Source of the DNA: a virus
DNA length: 64,000 nucleotides
Strand: one strand, 5' to 3'
IMG/VR virus record: IMGVR_UViG_3300009285_001996
A program made the translations under genes and the position numbers. The notes beneath the pieces were generated by a model. The model worked only from the letters and a program-made list of their open reading frames with translations. It searched no databases and was not told where the DNA came from. Shown here one piece after another: positions 35,718-43,219 of this stretch (positions within the stretch are counted from its first letter, which is position 1; each line of letters opens with the position of its first letter).

Positions 35718-36848
35718 GTGGGAAGTATCTCAGTGAAAATTTCGTCAGATATAAAATTCGATTTCGACGATGTTCTTATCAGACCGCAACGATCTACTTT
35801 GATTAGTAGGGCAGACGTTATTTTGGAGAGAGAATTCCAATTCTATCATAGCCCAAGAATTTGGCAGGGAATTCCAATTGTGTGTTCTAACATGGCGGCT
35901 ATAGCTGGATTTGAGATGGCTACCGCTCTCGCAAAACACAAGATGGTAACATGCCTTCATAAGTACATTTCCACAGACGACCTTATCAATTTTTTTGTGG
36001 AACATAAAGATTTAGTGGATTATGTGTGGGTAAGTGTTGGCTATGGCGATGATGAAATAGACAAGTTAATAAGGATCACAAAGGAGGTTGGGTTTCAACC
36101 AAACGTTTGTATAGACATCGCTAATGGACACCTAGAATGCTTTGTCCAATATTGTGCTGATATAAGAAATGATTTTCCAGATTCTATTATTATGGCAGGA
36201 AATGTTTGTATACCAGAATCAACACAAGAGTTAATTTTACATGGGTATGTAGATTTGATTAAGATCGGAACTGGCGGAGGAAGCGCCTGCCTGTCTAGGA
36301 TGGTTACTGGAGTGGGATGCCCCCAATTATCAGCATTGGATATTTGTGCAAGCGCTGCCCACGGATTAAAGTCGGCAGAGAAAAGGTTGGGGTTAGTATG
36401 TTCAGATGGTGGGTGTAAAACAGCGGGCGATGTATGCAAGGGATTTGTTGCTGGCGCAGATTTTTTGATGCTGGGAGGAATGCTAGCGGGCACAAAGGAG
36501 TGTTGTGGAGAATGGACTACAGAGTATAAGGATGTGTGGGGTTGTTGGAACGAAGAAACGCATACTGATGAAGAATTAAAAAAGTGGAGAAATATAAAGA
36601 GTCGTAAAAAGTCATTAAAAGTATATGGTATGTCATCCCATCTTGCGCAGGAAAAGCATGGAGTAGGTAAGAAAGACTATCGAGCATCAGAGGGCGTGGT
36701 TATAGAAGTACCCTACAAGGGGAGCGTTGACGATGTAGTACAGGAAATATTAGGCGGGATTCGGTCATGCGCGACGTACATCGGGGCGTGCTCTCTGAAA
36801 GATTTTTCTAAGTGTGGAGAATTTATTCGGGTTTGTAGACAAAAATAA
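35718..36848 (+). CDS. guaC: GMP reductase
   Basis: DFDDVLIRPQRSTL.SR, IDIANGH, KIGTGGGSACLSR, SDGGC, YRASEG. Confidence 0.92.
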   Translation: MGSISVKISSDIKFDFDDVLIRPQRSTLISRADVILEREFQFYHSPRIWQGIPIVCSNMAAIAGFEMATALAKHKMVTCLHKYISTDDLINFFVEHKDLVDYVWVSVGYGDDEIDKLIRITKEVGFQPNVCIDIANGHLECFVQYCADIRNDFPDSIIMAGNVCIPESTQELILHGYVDLIKIGTGGGSACLSRMVTGVGCPQLSALDICASAAHGLKSAEKRLGLVCSDGGCKTAGDVCKGFVAGADFLMLGGMLAGTKECCGEWTTEYKDVWGCWNEETHTDEELKKWRNIKSRKKSLKVYGMSSHLAQEKHGVGKKDYRASEGVVIEVPYKGSVDDVVQEILGGIRSCATYIGACSLKDFSKCGEFIRVCRQK

Positions 36849-36860
36849 GGGAGTATTTTA

Positions 36861-37625
36861 ATGTGCAAAATTCTAAAATCACTCATTTGCTTAACTTTAA
36901 TATTATATAGTTCTATTTTATTTGCACAAAATCAAGTTATCAAAAATATACGGAATTTAACTGTAGGAATTACTGTTGAAACGCCAATGGGGGGAGCAAA
37001 TGGTTCTGGTATCCTGTTTTCCTGTAACAATCAAACTTATGTATTAACTGCGGGACACGTAGTTTCTGTTGCTAGAATTATTGGGTTTAAGCGAACTAAA
37101 ACAGAAAGCCAACAATTAGTAGCCTATGCGCCCATTTTTATAGAGCAAATAGTTGATAGCGGTAAAACTAAAAAACTAAGAAAATTTCCAGCAACTATAG
37201 TGCGTAATGGACTAATACACGATAATCTTGATGTAGCCGTTTTAATGCTTATAGACGTAGATCAAGAAAACAATCTTAGTTTTGATTTCAATGAACCAGA
37301 CATAGGGACAAACACTTTGGGATGTGGGCAGTTGTTAGATAGTGAGTTATTAACTACGGATGGTATTGTTAGTGAAATATATACGACAACTGATTATGGT
37401 TTTCATCATCAGGCTACAAATAATGTTCAAGGTGGGTTTTCTGGTGGTGGAATCTTTAATGCCGATAACGGTAAATGTATAGGTATAATTACTCAAAAAA
37501 CACTTGTAGGATGTGCTTTTGTACCATCTGGTGAAATTCTTAAATGGCTACAAGATAATGAAATAAATTGGTTAGTTGATAATTCTGAACCGTTGGACAA
37601 TGTTTTAACATTAGAATTGGATTAG
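36861..37625 (+). CDS. secreted trypsin-like serine protease
   Basis: signal peptide; LTAGHV, DVAVL, GGFSGGG. Confidence 0.85.
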   Translation: MCKILKSLICLTLILYSSILFAQNQVIKNIRNLTVGITVETPMGGANGSGILFSCNNQTYVLTAGHVVSVARIIGFKRTKTESQQLVAYAPIFIEQIVDSGKTKKLRKFPATIVRNGLIHDNLDVAVLMLIDVDQENNLSFDFNEPDIGTNTLGCGQLLDSELLTTDGIVSEIYTTTDYGFHHQATNNVQGGFSGGGIFNADNGKCIGIITQKTLVGCAFVPSGEILKWLQDNEINWLVDNSEPLDNVLTLELD

Positions 37626-37635
37626 GGAGATTTTT

Positions 37636-38136
37636 ATGCGGAAACATGAAGTATTCTTAAAGTGGTGGCTTTTAGTTGTGTTGATGAGTGTCGGATTTTA
37701 TTTTGTTTATGCTTATGGTTTGTTTAATGAATTATGGAATAAAGATTTTACCAAAATTACGCTTATTATACTTGGGGGATTTTTATTAACATCGTTACAG
37801 TGTGGCATTAAAACATTTCGTTTAAGTAGTTCTATAAATAAAAAACAATGGGAAAATGTTGCAGAAATAGAGAAGGAATTATCTATTGGTTATTTCGCTT
37901 GTGCCATATTTGTTTCACTAGGTTTATTAGGTACGTTAATTGGTATGGTATACTCCTTACAAGGTTTCGCCACAATTGATGTTAGTAATTTAACCACTAT
38001 TCAAGGTTTAATTCCCAAATTAACTATGGGTGTATCAACAGCGCTCTATACCACTATTGTTGGTGTTATTTGTTCTATTTTGCTAAAACTACAATATTTC
38101 AATTTGGAATATATTATTAGGAAATATCATGGATAA
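37636..38136 (+). CDS. MotA/TolQ/ExbB-family membrane protein
   Basis: LGLLGTLIGM and GVSTALYTTIVG transmembrane motifs. Confidence 0.8.
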   Translation: MRKHEVFLKWWLLVVLMSVGFYFVYAYGLFNELWNKDFTKITLIILGGFLLTSLQCGIKTFRLSSSINKKQWENVAEIEKELSIGYFACAIFVSLGLLGTLIGMVYSLQGFATIDVSNLTTIQGLIPKLTMGVSTALYTTIVGVICSILLKLQYFNLEYIIRKYHG

Positions 38137-38740
38137 TGAAAAATATAGTGATGGACTTGTATTTTTCGACCTACTATTTAATCTTTTATGTTGTTTTATT
38201 ATACTGTTTTCCCTTGCCTATATATTAGTTAATGAACAAAATAAAAGTGATCGCGCCGTAGAAAATACAGCGGAGTTTCTAATTACCTTCATCTGGGCTA
38301 ACGAAATTGGAGACGATGTAGATGCCTATGTTGAAGACCCTCTTGGTAATTTAGTGTTTTTCAGGCGTAGAGAAGAAGGGTTAATGCACCTAGACAGGGA
38401 TGATTTGGGTAAAAGGAACGATGTAGTTAGATTGGCTGACGGTACAACGGTAAAGTCTGATGAAAATAAAGAAATAGTCACCATTCGAGGTATTATACCG
38501 GGGGAATATGTGGTCAACACCCACATGTATTATAAAACGGAAGATAGCGAACAAACCGAAGTTACAATTAAGTTAGAAAAGATAAACCCTAAATTAAGAC
38601 TTATTACTCAAAAAACAGTAATACTTAGTGATAATGGTGATGAAAAAACCGCTTTTAGATTTAATATTGATAAAGAAGGCGATGTAACTGGAGTTAATGA
38701 GTTGAAAAAGGATTTGGCTAATTTAACACATCAGGAGTAA
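38129..38740 (+). CDS. ExbD/MotB-like single-pass partner protein
   Basis: FFDLLFNLL TM with conserved Asp; overlaps ExbB-like gene. Confidence 0.55.
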   Translation: MDNEKYSDGLVFFDLLFNLLCCFIILFSLAYILVNEQNKSDRAVENTAEFLITFIWANEIGDDVDAYVEDPLGNLVFFRRREEGLMHLDRDDLGKRNDVVRLADGTTVKSDENKEIVTIRGIIPGEYVVNTHMYYKTEDSEQTEVTIKLEKINPKLRLITQKTVILSDNGDEKTAFRFNIDKEGDVTGVNELKKDLANLTHQE

Positions 38741-38743
38741 ACC

Positions 38744-39352
38744 GTGGAAACTCTATGGATTCCCCTTGCGTACATTTTATCGTTGACAATCGCTCTGTGG
38801 TTTATTATTGGGTGTCGTGGATTCTGGCTATTAAAAACCGCTATTATTGGTGTGGTAGCATATATAGGAATTTGTATTTGGATTACATTACCAACATTTG
38901 AGGGATGGTCAACTAAATCGCCATTACCAGTTAAATTTGAGATTAAATGGGCTGATGTTAAGGAGCCAAACAAAAAAACTGGTGATAATGGCGTTATATT
39001 TGTTTGGATACAATCTTTGTGTGTTGCAGAAACTAAAACTTTTACTATTGATTCATTGAAACCGTTTTTTGTGGTATTACACCAAAGAGATCAAATAAAA
39101 GAGCCTCGTTTACATCAGTTGCCTTATTCCAGGTCGGGGCATCAACAAGCGAATGAAATCCAAAACATTATTAAGGATGGTGGAAAGTTTTTTGGTACGA
39201 CCAATAAGGGCGGAACGGGGAAAGAAGGACAAAACGGTAATGGAGATGGGAGTAATAGTGGTGATGGTGGTAGTTTAAGCCAAGAGCAAGTCCCTATGTT
39301 TTATCAATTACCCCCCCCACATTTTCCTGCTAAAGATGAGCACTCAATCTGA
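38744..39352 (+). CDS. membrane protein of the ExbB-like cluster
   Basis: two N-terminal TM helices, Gly-rich C-terminus, co-transcribed. Confidence 0.5.
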   Translation: METLWIPLAYILSLTIALWFIIGCRGFWLLKTAIIGVVAYIGICIWITLPTFEGWSTKSPLPVKFEIKWADVKEPNKKTGDNGVIFVWIQSLCVAETKTFTIDSLKPFFVVLHQRDQIKEPRLHQLPYSRSGHQQANEIQNIIKDGGKFFGTTNKGGTGKEGQNGNGDGSNSGDGGSLSQEQVPMFYQLPPPHFPAKDEHSI

Positions 39353-39998
39353 CTTTATATTAGATAAATTTAATGGTCAAACTGGTTATTTTGTGGATGT
39401 TGGTGCAAGCGACGGCTTTAACGATTCCAATACTCTAGACTTAGAGAAAAACGGTTGGAGCGGTATTTGTATTGACGGACTAGAGCGTAATTACCAATCA
39501 CTGTTGCAAACTCGCTCGTGTTATTGTGTAAACGCTGTTATTGCAGGAGAGAATAGGAAAGCCGAATTTGTCTGTCAGGGGAAATCTGGTAGTAATGGAT
39601 TGGGTGGTAGTGGTCTAACCGAATTTATGGACAAACCACACCTAGATTTTATCATTCATCATTTAGGCGGTCGTCTTACAACGGTAAAAACTAGAACACT
39701 GGAATCCGTCCTTCGGGAATACTTCGCCCCTCTCACTATAGATTTTCTGGATGTGGATGTGGAAGGTGCCGCCTGGGAGATTCTGAGAAATTTTCCGTTT
39801 ACCAAGTGGCGGTTTTCGTATATTAATGTTGAGGTATCAGCAGAATTGACACCACCACTAACTTCCCTGCTAAATAGATATGGGTATGTAGAATGTGGTC
39901 GTTTTGGTCAGGACGTAATGTTTAAGTATAATAAGGTTAGCACAACCAAAAAAAGGATAAAGTGGAATATGTTCTTTGGTAAGTATATAATAAAATAA
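39336..39998 (+). CDS. FkbM-family methyltransferase
   Basis: FVDVGASDG..SNT..LE..GWSGI; IDFLDVDVEGA. Confidence 0.85.
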   Translation: MSTQSDFILDKFNGQTGYFVDVGASDGFNDSNTLDLEKNGWSGICIDGLERNYQSLLQTRSCYCVNAVIAGENRKAEFVCQGKSGSNGLGGSGLTEFMDKPHLDFIIHHLGGRLTTVKTRTLESVLREYFAPLTIDFLDVDVEGAAWEILRNFPFTKWRFSYINVEVSAELTPPLTSLLNRYGYVECGRFGQDVMFKYNKVSTTKKRIKWNMFFGKYIIK

Positions 39999-40008
39999 AC
40001 CTTATAAT

Positions 40009-40085
40009 TTAGTTACGTCAAGTGATGTATAGCGATGTGGCGTGGAGTATTGTATAGTGAAGTTAAGAATAACCGAAAAGGTTGT
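40009..40085 (+). ncRNA. pentamer-repeat guide-like unit B
   Basis: ttagt tacgt caagt gatgt atagc gatgt ggcgt ggagt attgt atagt gaagt taaga + ATAACC-GAAAA-GGTTGT. Confidence 0.85.
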
Positions 40086-40087
40086 AT

Positions 40088-40264
40088 ATGATAAATGATT
40101 TTGTTATCCTATTTCAAGATTTAGAATCAAATATTATTGAATATGAGTGTAGTGTGTGTGGTGAAGTATTTATTGCAGATTACGCATTAGGAATAAATTT
40201 GGATATAAGTTCTGGCGATAGAGCAAGATGTCCCAATTGTGATAGTGTAGATAATTCATTTTAG
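40088..40264 (+). CDS. small zinc-ribbon protein
   Basis: CSVC ... CPNC; flanked by units B and C. Confidence 0.65.
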   Translation: MINDFVILFQDLESNIIEYECSVCGEVFIADYALGINLDISSGDRARCPNCDSVDNSF

Positions 40265-40322
40265 TGATGTAGAGCGATGTGATGCAGAGTGCTGTTGTGT
40301 TGAGAACATCTGAAAAAGATGT
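40261..40322 (+). ncRNA. pentamer-repeat guide-like unit C
   Basis: ttagt gatgt agagc gatgt gatgc agagt gctgt tgtgt tgaga + ACATCT-GAAAA-AGATGT + T run. Confidence 0.85.
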
Positions 40323-40369
40323 ATTGTTTTTTATGTAATGCTTTTAATTTTAATTTAAGGAGTTGTATT

Positions 40370-40900
40370 ATGAAGAAAATTGTGAGTGTAACTATTAAGG
40401 GAGTTGCTCCACTTTTACTAAATCGCCCATTAACGGACGAGGAAAGTGGTGGTGGTAGCAAAAAGAAAACCGAAATCTTAGCACCAGAACAGAAAGCTAA
40501 CTCCGTCAATTATTTTGATGAGGAAGTTGGTTGTTATGTCCCCAATTCAATGATTAAGGCATCACTGCGAGACGCTAGTAAGAATTTTAAGCGTGGTCGT
40601 GGTAATTATGCCAAGACCCTAAAGGCTAAGTTATTCGTGACTCCAGAAAAGATTCCTCTAAACAAACAAACTTTTGATCTAATCGACCGTCGAGCGGCTA
40701 AGCTACCAACTAACGGAGCAATGATTACAGCTTCTCGCCCAAGATATGAAAATTGGGAGTTGAGTTTTAAGGTTGAATATGATGATACAACTATTGATGA
40801 CAAAACTTTGAGGGAAATTTTTGATGAGGCTGGTAGTTCAACATGTATCGGGAGTTATAGACCGGAGTTTGGAAGGTTTGAAGTTGTTAAGTTTGAGTAA
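40370..40900 (+). CDS. stand-alone Cas7/RAMP-like RNA-binding protein
   Basis: AAGGAG RBS; N-terminal VTIKGVAPLL strand, YVPNSMIKASLRDA (cf. RAMP IPGSSxKGxxR), C-terminal G-loop IGSYRPEFGRFEV. Confidence 0.75.
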   Translation: MKKIVSVTIKGVAPLLLNRPLTDEESGGGSKKKTEILAPEQKANSVNYFDEEVGCYVPNSMIKASLRDASKNFKRGRGNYAKTLKAKLFVTPEKIPLNKQTFDLIDRRAAKLPTNGAMITASRPRYENWELSFKVEYDDTTIDDKTLREIFDEAGSSTCIGSYRPEFGRFEVVKFE

Positions 40901-40917
40901 TATATTAATTTTACCAT

Positions 40918-40985
40918 AATGTCAAGTTAAGTTAAGTGCGGTGTAGTACAGTCTCAGTATAGTCTAGTATACCACAATATGGTGT
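40918..40985 (+). ncRNA. pentamer-repeat guide-like unit D
   Basis: aatgt caagt taagt taagt gcggt gtagt acagt ctcagt atagt ctagt + ATACCA-CAATA-TGGTGT. Confidence 0.8.
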
Positions 40986-41020
40986 ATGTTTTTAACAATA
41001 TAAAATATTAAATAACAATA

Positions 41021-41092
41021 AATGTACATCGAAGTCAAGTACAGTATAGTCAATTAAAGTGAAGTTTAGTCTAGAATAACCGAAAGGGTTGT
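41021..41092 (+). ncRNA. pentamer-repeat guide-like unit E
   Basis: aatgt acatc gaagt caagt acagt atagt caatt aaagt gaagt ttagt ctaga + ATAACC-GAAAG-GGTTGT. Confidence 0.8.
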
Positions 41093-41094
41093 AT

Positions 41095-41490
41095 GTGTCT
41101 GATTTAATCACTCCATCAATCTTAGATATTAAAGCTGATATAGAGTATTGGTGGAAACAATTTACTATTAAGTTAGAGGTTCCGTTATCTGAATTATTCC
41201 CAGAACCAGAAAAGGGGTGGGTAAAACACATTTGGAAACATGGGTCCGCTGATTTATGCGTCTTTCATAGTAATAAGTTAATATGTATTATCGAGGCGCA
41301 TGGACACCACCATTTTAGTAATAAAAAACAAATAATGAACGATAAAAGAAAAGCTAAATTATGTCAAATTAACAATATTGGATGTTTACAAGTCGCAAAC
41401 AGTGTAAGAGATACAATAGCAAGGAGAAAATGGAGAAGGTTATTGGGTAAATATATATGGAACGATTGTGTGAAGTGTAGTACAGTCTAG
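41095..41490 (+). CDS. Vsr/DUF559-like PD-(D/E)XK-fold nuclease
   Basis: ADLCVF...IIEAHGHHHF...NDKRKAKLCQINNIGCLQV pattern. Confidence 0.65.
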   Translation: MSDLITPSILDIKADIEYWWKQFTIKLEVPLSELFPEPEKGWVKHIWKHGSADLCVFHSNKLICIIEAHGHHHFSNKKQIMNDKRKAKLCQINNIGCLQVANSVRDTIARRKWRRLLGKYIWNDCVKCSTV

Positions 41491-41543
41491 TTGTGTATAG
41501 TCGATTACTGTGCTGTGATGTGTAGAATAGCGGAAAATGCTGT
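41467..41543 (+). ncRNA. pentamer-repeat guide-like unit F
   Basis: tgtgt gaagt gtagt acagt ctagt tgtgt atagt cgatt actgt gctgt gatgt gtaga + ATAGCG-GAAAA-TGCTGT. Confidence 0.85.
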
Positions 41544-41578
41544 AATTATTTTCTTACTTTTAACAATGGAGATTTCTA

Positions 41579-41965
41579 ATGGCAAGTTTTAACAAGGTTA
41601 TTTTGATGGGTAATGCCACTCGTGATGTAGAACTACGGTATATCCCAAGCGGTAAAGCCGTGGCTGACTTATCACTGGCGGTTAATAATCGTCGTAAGAG
41701 TGGTGACGAATGGGTAGAAGACGTAGTGTTTGTAGATTGTACAGTTTGGGGTCGCACTGCGGAAGTTGCTGCGGAATATGTAAAAAAGGGTAAGCCTGTT
41801 TTAGTAGAAGGCAAACTTATTCAAGATAGCTGGGAAACACCAGATGGACAGCGACGTACAAAGTTAAAGGTTGTTGTTGATTCTATGCAATTATTGGGCG
41901 GTAAGCCTCAAGATAACGAAGGCGATACACCAGCAGTTGGTGATGACGACGATTTACCAATCTAG
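41579..41965 (+). CDS. ssb: single-stranded DNA-binding protein
   Basis: [21 protein letters not shown]...WGRTAE...KG.PVLVEG; acidic tail DDDDLPI. Confidence 0.96.
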   Translation: MASFNKVILMGNATRDVELRYIPSGKAVADLSLAVNNRRKSGDEWVEDVVFVDCTVWGRTAEVAAEYVKKGKPVLVEGKLIQDSWETPDGQRRTKLKVVVDSMQLLGGKPQDNEGDTPAVGDDDDLPI

Positions 41966-42146
41966 CAGGAGAATAATAAGTGAAGGACTTCGCTTTACTT
42001 ATACTAGCGTTAATAGTTATAGTATTGGCATTTAATGCTGGTAAACAACAATCTACCAATAAAGCCGTTATCGAGGCTATACACCAACACAACATAGCCA
42101 TTTGTGATATGAATAGTTCAATAGAAATGTTGGGGGGGTTGAAAAA

Positions 42147-42941
42147 GTGACGCTAAGGCCGGTAGTTAAAATTATGGGCGGGAAAAAACATCTTTGGAAA
42201 TGGATAGTCCAAAGTTTTCCGCCCGACTACGAAAACATGGTATATGGAGAATTGTTTATTGGTGGAGGCTCTGTTTTTCTCAATAAAAAGCCTTCTGGGT
42301 TAGAATATATTAACGATATAGACGAAGGACTGATTTCAATTTGGCGAACTATTTTTTATCCAGAGTTCTTGCAACAATTACATTCACTGTCCTATAGTGA
42401 AAACACATTCAAAGCCGCCTTAATTTATTTATTACACAAGAATAAGGGTTTAATTGAGTGGGCAGTTGCCGAATATGTAAAACGAAGGATGTCTAGGGGC
42501 GGTCTAGGTAAGACATTCGCCTGGTCCGACCGACTGAGGGGCGGCGAACCCGGCGATGTTCATGGGTGGAATACCGCATTGGCTCAATTATCGTCTATCG
42601 CAGACCGCACACAACACGCCCATATCTCCTGCAAAAACGCTCTCGATTTAATTCACGAACTTGATAGTCCGCAAACACTTCTTTATCTTGATCCACCATA
42701 CTTAAAGGAAACTAGAACAGCAAAGAACACCTACCAATATGATTTTACAAATGAAGACCATATAGAATTACTGGAAATTATAATCGGTTTTAAGGGGAAG
42801 GTTTTGATTAGTGGGTACGAGTCAAGTTTGTACGCTAAATACCTATCGGGATGGAGATTAGAGAAAAAAGAAATGCCGAATCACTCTGGACAGGGAAAGA
42901 CTAAACAGAGAAGAGTGGAGTGTTTATGGTGTAATTTTTAA
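42147..42941 (+). CDS. dam: D12-class DNA adenine methyltransferase
   Basis: GGKK, ELFIGGGSV, NDID, YLDPPY. Confidence 0.88.
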   Translation: MTLRPVVKIMGGKKHLWKWIVQSFPPDYENMVYGELFIGGGSVFLNKKPSGLEYINDIDEGLISIWRTIFYPEFLQQLHSLSYSENTFKAALIYLLHKNKGLIEWAVAEYVKRRMSRGGLGKTFAWSDRLRGGEPGDVHGWNTALAQLSSIADRTQHAHISCKNALDLIHELDSPQTLLYLDPPYLKETRTAKNTYQYDFTNEDHIELLEIIIGFKGKVLISGYESSLYAKYLSGWRLEKKEMPNHSGQGKTKQRRVECLWCNF

Positions 42942-42969
42942 TGTTGTGTAGAACGGAGTTGGGTAATGT
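42940..42969 (+). repeat. degenerate pentamer unit G (no hairpin)
   Basis: aatgt tgtgt agaac ggagt tgggt aatgt. Confidence 0.4.
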
Positions 42970-43219
42970 ACATACAATCAATAATAGAGAAATGCGGTGT
43001 CTGCAATGTTGTATTTGACCGCTCTCATAAAACAGCCACCCCAGAGGTAGCCATTGGTTTGTGCGATAATTGTGTTGGTTCTCTTGCCGATAAATCTCTT
43101 ATTGGTAGGTTTATAGCTGAAAAAGTAATTTTTACTACAGAAATTGGTGTTAACGAAGAAATCACGGTAAAGGCAACCTTAGATGGTGAAGTAATATATC
43201 AGGTGGTAGTCTATAAATA

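Noticed and set aside
40319-40369. Track start (MYCFLC...) for the Cas7-like ORF
   Set aside because: It overlaps hairpin C and its T tail. ATG 40370 has an AAGGAG RBS.
40009-41543. Canonical CRISPR array near the Cas7-like gene
   Set aside because: There are no 25-45 bp direct repeats with unique spacers. The repeats are period-5 pentamers, and the hairpins differ in sequence.
34686-41543. Pentamer tracts as simple microsatellites or coding repeats
   Set aside because: The NN positions are highly variable, the tracts are mostly intergenic, each ends in the same covarying hairpin, and several decode to the neighbouring gene.
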